A DNA stretch of 44,784 nt from Escherichia phage TL-2011b: sequence record JQ011317, one strand, 5' to 3'. A program made the position numbers and the translations under genes. Below, in pieces: positions 29,801-35,596 of the stretch (its first letter is position 1; every line of letters starts with the position of its first letter). Below the pieces are notes generated by a model, which worked only from the letters and a program-made list of their open reading frames with translations, was not told where the DNA came from and did not search any database.

Positions 29801-29841
29801 TTGCGCCACTAATAAACCAGGTGGATCCGGTGATGCGGTGA
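26827..29841 (+). CDS. Large internal virion/ejection protein (gp16 position)
   Basis: 1004-aa ORF coupled to the SLT protein gene. Confidence 0.5.
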   Translation: MPVYAQAEDLNNGLIPSGNVLPEQTGFDVALPEGANPEPLPPEPSVWGAAMRQNNILAGFFRPARQFEPVEGYNPYADKNELHGYEYWGAKFADSRSPEETAWIKQQIDDENEDRRLLSDAGVVGTLASIAAGMDPVTVASMFIPGAQGGALARIGSQIAIGAAGTALSEVVLNNQQITRSWGESAAHVAAGAMMSGVFASAGVALSPSVRAAATREVADALDNMSITSATDRAAASLSDGGSVGAMKIDTATLDDLTPVSGGWVGKAAWKAGSYLTPLTRLMESPSKTVRKTTLELAENNFTLKGNERGIETPVAVETRTRGWRREEAAVVVGNKQAYAKYKADGGDMSFDSFRQQVGNAMRSGDVHANPVVQETAQAMRTVLNRVKVEMQKLGLLPPDEELKALGQASYFPRIYKVGKIISERDKFRRILVDWWSRGNKTLDPEDAEIAADIVINKITGAKVPQDFVSVFSVKAAGSTKERTLNVPDSLIRDYLESDVNYVLQRHIREAAAEIELTRTFGKRTMTERLQLIEDEYDSLLREVPEKIKAKYDESVANLKARYESNGEVVPQGKLDSLMRKYEKELRKEQSRLSKSRANDLRDITALRDRLVGTYGMPDDPSSFFVRAGAFLRDVNFTTKLGGMTVSAIPDLARGVMVNGFRNTMKGYASQISQSPAFKASKEEMLKMGIGLEAVLHSRSRAIGDLVDSSSRTTAVEAGMERITDAFGKLTLMDRFNDINKSMNGMLTSDGILSGAFSARRMAKLGINDNMAARIRSEFEKHGEVIDGWHIGNFDKWDDQYVAGVFQSAVLKDVNNTIITPGIGDTPLWASTPMGRTIFQFKSFTTASYNRVLLGGLQEGTAQFYYGTAFQIALGSLVYALKEASKGKNVDWSPEKLVLEGIDRSGILGPLMEYNNMAEKATGGAVGLGALFGTGTQSRYASRGFVGSLFGPSFGLADSIIDVTAGVLNGDAGDRIVHNVRTLIPGNNLFWIAPLINQVDPVMR

Positions 29842-29852
29842 GTTAAACACCT

Positions 29853-30416
29853 TTAGCATGATTCAGGGGAAACCCCAATATTAAATATGAGTGACTCCCC
29901 TGAATCAGCATAATAATGTAATATTATTGACTTACGTTGTTTTCTTGCTTCGTAGAATAAACGCTCTTGCGGCGATAATTTGTGAAAACTGCCGGATGCA
30001 CAATATATGTTTTTTAACTTTTCGCGGGTTTCTTTTATTGTATCTTCTGATATGTATTTTAGGTATTTATCCGTATAGATGTTGCTACTATAAGAAATTA
30101 ATGTTTTGCTGTTGTTGTGATGTATTGTATTTTTATCGTTGAAGTCTGTATTTTTATTTACTGTCATTAGGTTTTTAATGATTACATGTAATACAATAGT
30201 CTCCCCATCATCAATTCCATATTTGATGTCATAGTCAGTATATTTATTTGTTATACCGCTTCCTGATAGCGGCACTATGTACTCTGAGAAAAATGAGTTT
30301 GCCGCGTGACCATCAAGAGCAATAGCAGTTTTTTTGTGGTAAAAATAAAACAATATTGAGAGAGTCAAAATAATAGCGACGCCTAATGCAACCTTTAATA
30401 TAGATATGGTTTTCAA
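29853..30416 (-). CDS. Membrane-anchored protein, low GC; candidate superinfection-exclusion protein
   Basis: TTG start at 30416 with AAGGAG Shine-Dalgarno (alternative ATG 30443); N-terminal TM helix; same strand and position as sieA next to mnt in P22. Confidence 0.45.
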   Translation of the reverse strand: MKTISILKVALGVAIILTLSILFYFYHKKTAIALDGHAANSFFSEYIVPLSGSGITNKYTDYDIKYGIDDGETIVLHVIIKNLMTVNKNTDFNDKNTIHHNNSKTLISYSSNIYTDKYLKYISEDTIKETREKLKNIYCASGSFHKLSPQERLFYEARKQRKSIILHYYADSGESLIFNIGVSPESC

Positions 30417-30506
30417 AATATCGCTCCTTGTTGTAACATACATCAGTAATGTGGCGTTTTTCAATTGTATTAAAGACGTGTAATATGTACACGCCTTTTG
30501 TTCTTC

Positions 30507-30939
30507 CTATTCAGGTATTTCAATTCCAAAACCATCTGCATCCCATGAGTTTTCACAGATGATGTAACCTAGTTCATTGAGCTTATTAAATGTTTTTTCA
30601 AAGATGATCTGGTAATCATTATCTGCAAGTGATTCCAGTTCAAGGTCATTAAGGTTTATATAAAAACTTGTATGTCCAAGTGTTATTTTCTTATTAATTT
30701 CATTAAAGGTTCTTTTGAAAATAATATTTGATATTTCATGTCGTGCATTGTTTGCAATAATTTTTGCTTCATAAGCAGAAATTACGTCATCTTCATGAAT
30801 ATCTTTCAGAAAGCTGGTGTCAAGACGTTGTACTATTTCAGCGTTCATTGATCGCTTATTGGCTTTTGCAGAAATTTCTATTTTTTCTTTTACTTCAACG
30901 GGAAGTCTGATCCCTTAGTTGTGGATCTTCTCTGCTCAT
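30507..30939 (-). pseudogene. Mnt-like ribbon-helix-helix repressor gene with apparent +1 frameshift
   Basis: ATG at 30939 encodes MSREDPQL then stops; the downstream frame continues GIRLPVEVKEKIEISAKANKRSMNAEIVQRL, matching P22 Mnt (MARDDPHFNFRMPMEVREKLKFRAEANGRSMNSELLQIV); one extra base near 30915. Confidence 0.55.
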
Positions 30940-30995
30940 GTTCTTCACCAAATATTGAGTTACTTGCAATGATTGAAGTATGCCTCACCGTGTGC

Positions 30996-31044
30996 TTGAC
31001 ATCAATGACGCACGGTGTGACAATTATTTTGCCCCACGGTGGGG
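30996..31044 (+). promoter_or_regulatory. Pant-like promoter with Omnt-like palindrome
   Basis: -35 TTGACA (30996-31001), 17-bp spacer, -10 GACAAT (31019-31024); palindrome CCCCACGGTGGGG at 31032-31044 (core CCACGGTGG as in P22 Omnt). Confidence 0.55.
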
Positions 31045-31059
31045 CTAAGGAGATATGAA

Positions 31060-31227
31060 ATGCAAAAAGCAAAAGAGATGTGTCAACGACGAGTTCGTTT
31101 TCCGGACGATGTGAAGTTAGCTATTGAAAGAAATGGCGAAAAAGAATGCCGAAAGTTCAATACAGAGATTATCTATCAGCTGAGGAAAGTGTATGGACTC
31201 ACTGGTGAGAAGAATAGCGTGGCATAA
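31060..31227 (+). CDS. Arc-like ribbon-helix-helix repressor (55 aa)
   Basis: ATG at 31060 with AAGGAG Shine-Dalgarno; RVRFPDDVKLAIERNGE ... NTEIIYQL resembles P22 Arc. Confidence 0.55.
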   Translation: MQKAKEMCQRRVRFPDDVKLAIERNGEKECRKFNTEIIYQLRKVYGLTGEKNSVA

Positions 31228-31237
31228 AACAGCGAAG

Positions 31238-31250
31238 CCCCACGGTGGCC
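31238..31250. promoter_or_regulatory. Second Omnt-like palindrome between the arc-like and ant genes
   Basis: CCCCACGGTGGCC with core CCACGGTGG; flanked by inverted repeat GAAGCCC / GGGCTTC. Confidence 0.45.
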
Positions 31251-31299
31251 AGACCGTCAGGGCTTCAGTATCGTAAAACTACGTATAGGAATTAACGAC

Positions 31300-32244
31300 A
31301 TGACGAGTATAGCAACAGCGGTATCTACTATCAACGTGCCATTCCACGGCGCAGAGCTTTATGTTGTCAATCATAACGGCGAACCATACACCCCAATGAA
31401 ACCAGTCGTTGAAGGTATGGGGCTGGACTGGAAAACGCAGTTCCGCAAGTTGCAACAACGCTTTAAGAGCTGCATGGTCGAAATGACCATTCAGCTCCCC
31501 GGTGATACTCAGCGTCGTCTGGTTATCTGTCTTGCTTTACGCAAACTTGCAGGTTGGCTGCAAACCATCAGCCCTAACAAAGTCCGCCCTGAAATCCGCG
31601 ACAAGGTAATCCAGTATCAGGAAGAGTGTGACGATGTGCTCTACGAGTACTGGACTAAAGGCCATGTGGTTAACCCACGCAAAGCTAAAAAGGCGTTGCC
31701 GGGTAAAATAACAACTGAACAGCAGGAAGCCATTAAACAACTCGTCATGAGTCGCGGTCAGTCTCTGCCAAAAGAAAAACAGGCTAAGGCGATGATCACC
31801 ATGTGGTCGTCACTGAAATCTCATTTTGGCTGTTCGTACAAAGAAATTGGTGAAGATCAATTTGCCGAAGCGTTGTCTCTTGTTGCTCGGGTTCCGCTTG
31901 AAGGGGAGTATCTCCCTGCTGGATCTGCATCAGAGAATGATGAAGTGGCAGTCAAGATGTTAGATGCGCTTCGTGAGGCAATTAAAACACAGACAAAATG
32001 TTATGGTTATCCATTGAAGCCCGGCTACCGCAGTCTGATTCATTCTCCGTCTGGTGTTCTCGGTCTGACGGAGAACTCACTGCTGATGAATCTGCTGAAC
32101 CAGTTACAGGAAGACGGGCACGATGTATCGGGCGCGGCGGCGGAGCTGACCACCATGTTCTGTTACATCGTTGGTGTGAGCAAATGCCTGCGTGATATCC
32201 AGACGCACGCGGAGTACATCAACGACAAGGCAGGGTTCTTCTGA
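31300..32244 (+). CDS. Anti-repressor (Ant) family protein 1
   Basis: 314 aa; N-terminal antirepressor-type domain (INVPFHGAELYVVNHNGEPY); C-terminal 77 aa identical to the second Ant protein. Confidence 0.65.
   Translation: MTSIATAVSTINVPFHGAELYVVNHNGEPYTPMKPVVEGMGLDWKTQFRKLQQRFKSCMVEMTIQLPGDTQRRLVICLALRKLAGWLQTISPNKVRPEIRDKVIQYQEECDDVLYEYWTKGHVVNPRKAKKALPGKITTEQQEAIKQLVMSRGQSLPKEKQAKAMITMWSSLKSHFGCSYKEIGEDQFAEALSLVARVPLEGEYLPAGSASENDEVAVKMLDALREAIKTQTKCYGYPLKPGYRSLIHSPSGVLGLTENSLLMNLLNQLQEDGHDVSGAAAELTTMFCYIVGVSKCLRDIQTHAEYINDKAGFF
32008..32244. repeat. Inverted repeat arm A (3' end of ant1)
   Basis: Reverse complement is about 97% identical to 33420-33656 (3 mismatches in the first 84 bp compared by hand). 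Confidence 0.7.
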
Positions 32245-32281
32245 CGGGCGGCGGCACAGGGATGTGCAAAACGAAACTATC

Positions 32282-32293
32282 GTGACATGTCAC
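32282..32293. repeat. Perfect 12-bp palindrome GTGACATGTCAC (copy 2)
   Basis: Identical to 11500-11511; 14-bp extended versions are reverse complements of each other. Confidence 0.6.
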
Positions 32294-32294
32294 A

Positions 32295-32320
32295 GGCCGC
32301 TTTCGCGGCCTTGTTCTTTT
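32295..32320 (+). terminator. Rho-independent terminator after ant1
   Basis: Stem GGCCGC / GCGGCC, loop TTTC, then TTGTTCTTTT. Confidence 0.65.
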
Positions 32321-32480
32321 AACGAATGCCACCGCCGCCCGGGCGGGAATCCGCAGAACGCCCACCGCAGCGGGAGCCGTCAGCGGCAGTATCGCTGTCG
32401 TGCTGACAACGACCGGCAAAGGCCTGAGTTGAAGCTACCAGAGACAACAAAACGAACAGTGCAGCAAATGCTTTTTTCAT
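32319..32480 (-). CDS. Small secreted peptide (53-aa precursor), Gly/Cys-rich
   Basis: Textbook Sec signal peptide MKKAFAALFVLLSLVASTQAFA; predicted mature 31-aa peptide with two Cys. Confidence 0.45.
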   Translation of the reverse strand: MKKAFAALFVLLSLVASTQAFAGRCQHDSDTAADGSRCGGRSADSRPGGGGIR

Positions 32481-32550
32481 TGTGAAATTTCCATCTATAA
32501 GCCACCTCAATGTGGCGTCAATGAGTGTAGCACTGACTTTTGTTTCGTCC

Positions 32551-32574
32551 ACAAAAAAGCCCGCGCTGCGGGCT
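32551..32574 (-). terminator. Terminator of the minus-strand two-gene operon
   Basis: Stem AGCCCGC / GCGGGCT with plus-strand A-run (U-run on the minus transcript); overlaps the stop codon. Confidence 0.55.
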
Positions 32575-33118
32575 ATTCCTTCCATTTATCAGAAAAAAGA
32601 TCTTCTTCTAAAGGCATTGGTTCTGTTTTTGTTTTCTCAAAGAATTGATAACTGATAGTGATTGCTTCCTCTTTAAACTCTTCTTGCTCAGTTATGTTGT
32701 GAGCATCTGCGTCAACAAAAAACATAACCAGCGCATCACGATTGTGATTTACCGAATAAACTAAAAAGCAATCACTTGTTGGTATGCATTTTACTTGTAC
32801 AGACGCTATATTTTTCCATGCATCCCAAGATGATTTTTTACCAGTGTGTTTTTTATCACTATCTTCTGGAATATAGTCTTGGTTATCGACATGAGTATGC
32901 CTGACATTTAGTTTAAGCATTTCTGTCGGACGAGCAAATGCAGCATCTTTACCAAGAGATGGATGGTATCCCGTTTTCCAATACTGGGTAAAGGCATCAG
33001 ATACTTTCTTCAGCTCAAGATCAGATGCACAAAGGGCCGAGAAATTTTGCGTATGCAACACTCGACCCTTATATCTGACAACTTGATTTTTATCATTCTG
33101 CGACGCAGACGAACTCAT
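32573..33118 (-). CDS. Putative toxin, YafO-like (181 aa)
   Basis: ATG at 33118; blocks LGKDAAF, LNVRHTHVDN, CFLVYSVNH resemble YafO toxins as recalled; overlaps a small upstream ORF by 26 nt. Confidence 0.4.
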   Translation of the reverse strand: MSSSASQNDKNQVVRYKGRVLHTQNFSALCASDLELKKVSDAFTQYWKTGYHPSLGKDAAFARPTEMLKLNVRHTHVDNQDYIPEDSDKKHTGKKSSWDAWKNIASVQVKCIPTSDCFLVYSVNHNRDALVMFFVDADAHNITEQEEFKEEAITISYQFFEKTKTEPMPLEEDLFSDKWKE

Positions 33119-33272
33119 AATTTTCCTTATTGTTACGAGAATCAAAGAAAGCGCGGGATACGCGACTTGCGTGATCTTTTGTCATAGTAACTTTTACGTA
33201 CTCTACGCTTCCATTGAAAGAACGTCTTGCGGCAGCTTGCGCTCTACGCATCTGCAATTTTTCGTTTCGCAT
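33093..33272 (-). CDS. Small basic protein (59 aa), putative antitoxin/regulator
   Basis: ATG at 33272 with GAGGT Shine-Dalgarno 6 nt upstream; below the ORF-track cutoff; TTACC-N5-GGTAA site 61 bp upstream. Confidence 0.4.
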   Translation of the reverse strand: MRNEKLQMRRAQAAARRSFNGSVEYVKVTMTKDHASRVSRAFFDSRNNKENYEFVCVAE

Positions 33273-33332
33273 GACATTACCTCATATCTCATAAGTTCAT
33301 TACACGGATTAATAAAAATGAAACCAATCCGT

Positions 33333-33347
33333 TTACCCTTGAGGTAA
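33333..33347. promoter_or_regulatory. TTACC-N5-GGTAA site in the promoter of the toxin-antitoxin-like operon
   Basis: TTACCCTTGAGGTAA. Confidence 0.45.
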
Positions 33348-33419
33348 TAGTACGCTATTCACCCACAGTCTGCAATCTGTACAGAATTATTTAAAGGCAC
33401 ATCCCTGTGCCGCCGCCCG

Positions 33420-33656
33420 TCAGAAGAACCCTGCTTTGTCGTTGATGTACTCCGCGTGCGTCTGGATATCACGCAGGCATTTGCTCACACCGACGATGTA
33501 GCAGAACATGGTGGTCAGCTCCGCCGCCGCGCCCGATACGTCGTGCCCGTCTTCCTGTAACTGGTTCAGCAGATTCATCAGCAGTGAGTTCTCCGTCAGG
33601 CCGAGAACACCAGACGGCGAGTGAATCAGGCTGCGGTAGCCTGGCTTCAGCGGGGC
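33420..33656. repeat. Inverted repeat arm B (3' end of ant2)
   Basis: See arm A at 32008-32244. Confidence 0.7.
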
Positions 33657-34115
33657 GCTGTAGGTTTTGTTCTCTATCTTCATCGCCTGCATCACTGCTG
33701 ACGCCGTGGCGTTGGCTACCTGGTCGGCAACCATCTTTATGCGTTCTTCCTGCGGGAGCGAGTTTTTAATGTAACTTCCGGTGCGGCGGATCTGAGGAAG
33801 AACCTCACCTGTAACCCATTTACGAAAGCGGTAGGGGATAGTGCCTGGTGTCACCGCATCGCGGCAGCGGAGGATCAGTGTGTAGAGGCCTGACTCGGAG
33901 ATGATGATCGATTCTTGCTCACCGCCAGGGGTGTCGGTTGAAGCGACGCCCTTCTCATCATCATCAAGTTTTCGAACAGCATCTCGATGGTTTGCTATGC
34001 CTATAGCCCGACAAACATCTGAAGCGATAAACCATGGCTCACCATTAATGACGATTACCCGTATATCGGCTTGGGATTCGAAAGAAAAAATGGACGTGCT
34101 TTTTGTAGCTGTCAT
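33420..34115 (-). CDS. Anti-repressor (Ant/Bro-N) family protein 2
   Basis: 231 aa; Bro-N-like N-terminus (VIVINGEPWFIASDVCRAIGI); C-terminal 77 aa identical to ant1. Confidence 0.7.
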   Translation of the reverse strand: MTATKSTSIFSFESQADIRVIVINGEPWFIASDVCRAIGIANHRDAVRKLDDDEKGVASTDTPGGEQESIIISESGLYTLILRCRDAVTPGTIPYRFRKWVTGEVLPQIRRTGSYIKNSLPQEERIKMVADQVANATASAVMQAMKIENKTYSAPLKPGYRSLIHSPSGVLGLTENSLLMNLLNQLQEDGHDVSGAAAELTTMFCYIVGVSKCLRDIQTHAEYINDKAGFF

Positions 34116-34384
34116 AGTGGTTACCTTTTAGTCTGGTTAATCACCACTACCGACGCCAATCGGTTGGTGGTGAACTGTGCAGGGTTGGCGTAACCGGCTA
34201 AAAGGACCCGGCGCACCTTTCGGTGCCCCCACACAGCCCACCATAATACGAATGTGGCCGTGCTATACGCATAAAAAAACCGCTTGCGCGGTGAATGCGC
34301 CTTTTAGTAATCCGGGACGCCAATCCCGGCACTGGATTTTTCCAGTGCCCGATTACTATGGCACAAGAGGAGTGCGATGTAAAT

Positions 34385-34492
34385 TTACCGCAAAGGTAAT
34401 GATAAGCGCGGGGATATATAAAAATCAACCGTATTTGGTTGGTGGCGTTTAACGCTTGATCACCTGAAAGCAAGATATTACCTTTAAGGTAA
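34385..34492. promoter_or_regulatory. Two TTACC-N5-GGTAA sites in the 400-bp noncoding region upstream of ant2 and the zinc-ribbon membrane protein gene
   Basis: TTACCGCAAAGGTAA (34385-34399) and TTACCTTTAAGGTAA (34478-34492). Confidence 0.45.
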
Positions 34493-34512
34493 TGTTATTG
34501 TGAGGAAAAGCA

Positions 34513-35241
34513 ATGGAAGTTTTCTGGATAGTTGTTGGTGTGGTTGCGGTGATTATTTACGTTATCAACCAGAACAAGACTAAGATCTCTGATCGTACGG
34601 TCGTTAATCATAACAAAACGATAAAGACCGAAGATGGGGAGATAACGATTAATCGTACACAGGTGATAGAACACACCTCTACTCAGTTTCAAAAAACTGG
34701 AGGTAATGCGCCTAATATTTCCGCACCTCCTGCTTATGATAGTGCGGTAATCCAGACATATTATAAACAGCAGGAGTTAGCAAAAGAGAGGCAACTGATT
34801 CAGCCAAAGCCATTTACAGCAGAGCTTCCACCTGGAGTGTCAACGCGTCCGGCATATCATGGAAGATTCCCTGGTGATGACGTATCGTCTCAGTCACCTA
34901 AAAAAGCACCTCAGGCAGTATCAGAGCCAGCAAGAATACCTTCTGTATCGCCGTCAAAAGAAGAATCAGCTAACGAAGTTTCAAGTGCCCGCAAGCAGTG
35001 TTTGCGATGCAGAATAAACCTTCCATATGAAAAATTCAGGAAATCGTCAAAAAATCCAGATGGATTGACTAAGTGGTGTGCAAGGTGTCTCGATGGCCCA
35101 AAGAATACACGTCATATGAAGTGGTGCCCAATTTGTAATGTCCGCAGAAAACGAACCAGCTTTTACCCTAATAATCAAAATGCGGATGGCTTAATGGCAT
35201 GGTGCAAAACGTGCTGGGACGAGCACAAAGCGAAACGATAG
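34513..35241 (+). CDS. Membrane-anchored protein with two C-terminal Cys4 zinc-ribbon repeats
   Basis: N-terminal TM helix, Pro/Ser-rich linker, two repeats of C-x2-C ... DGL-x3-WC-x2-C. Confidence 0.5.
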   Translation: MEVFWIVVGVVAVIIYVINQNKTKISDRTVVNHNKTIKTEDGEITINRTQVIEHTSTQFQKTGGNAPNISAPPAYDSAVIQTYYKQQELAKERQLIQPKPFTAELPPGVSTRPAYHGRFPGDDVSSQSPKKAPQAVSEPARIPSVSPSKEESANEVSSARKQCLRCRINLPYEKFRKSSKNPDGLTKWCARCLDGPKNTRHMKWCPICNVRRKRTSFYPNNQNADGLMAWCKTCWDEHKAKR

Positions 35242-35264
35242 GCCGCTCTTGCGGCCTTTTCTTT
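35241..35264. terminator. Terminator shared by convergent genes
   Basis: Stem GGCCGC / GCGGCC, loop TCTT, then TTTTCTTT. Confidence 0.55.
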
Positions 35265-35520
35265 ATGTGGTTTGTTTTCGTAGTTGTTCGGCACAATAGT
35301 CGAGATGTGTTTGCAGATCCTGCATAGACATCTGTGAGCTGGTGACGTAGTTAATCAGTGCAGTCAGTTCGGCAAGTGGGCCATCGACATTAAATCCATC
35401 CTTATCGAGATCCCGGAGTAATTTCATCAAGTGCGATCCCTCCACCAGTGATCTGACGCCTCCCGGCGTGTGAATCCTTTCGGTAAATCCGTCTTCCAGT
35501 GGATAGTGATACTGCTGCAT
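35263..35520 (-). CDS. Stand-alone Ant C-terminal-domain protein (85 aa); candidate LexA-controlled antirepressor (Tum-like)
   Basis: ATG at 35520 with GGAGAAG Shine-Dalgarno; diverged homologue of the C-terminal domain shared by both Ant proteins; LexA box 20 bp upstream. Confidence 0.55.
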   Translation of the reverse strand: MQQYHYPLEDGFTERIHTPGGVRSLVEGSHLMKLLRDLDKDGFNVDGPLAELTALINYVTSSQMSMQDLQTHLDYCAEQLRKQTT

Positions 35521-35538
35521 CTTATCTTCTCCATGCAA

Positions 35539-35560
35539 TAACTGTATAAATATACAGTAG
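35539..35560. promoter_or_regulatory. LexA (SOS) box
   Basis: AACTGTATAAATATACAGTA: CTGT-N8-ACAG with AT-rich spacer, close to the LexA consensus. Confidence 0.75.
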
Positions 35561-35596
35561 CAAATAATTTGTTTGCTATCCAGCACGTTTTGCGAA

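Noticed and set aside
15145-29841. A lytic T7-like phage genome
   Set aside because: No phage RNA polymerase and no T7-type early genes; instead there is an integrase, a repressor/cro pair, lambda P-like replication genes and a host junction.
31027-31044. CRP site or generic palindrome
   Set aside because: The spacing does not fit TGTGA-N6-TCACA; the core CCACGGTGG next to RHH repressor genes fits an Mnt-type operator better.
30890-31072. 60-aa minus-strand ORF across the mnt/arc intergenic region
   Set aside because: It spans the Pant-like promoter and operator palindromes and is out of frame with the Mnt-like reading frames.
33361-33420. Additional LexA boxes (for example CTGCAATCTGTACAG upstream of ant2)
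   Set aside because: The CTGT/ACAG spacing is not 8 bp; only the site at 35540-35559 fits CTGT-N8-ACAG.
34177-34473. Two overlapping 91-aa ORFs on opposite strands
   Set aside because: Translations are low-complexity with no RBS or start context; the region is better explained as structured noncoding DNA.
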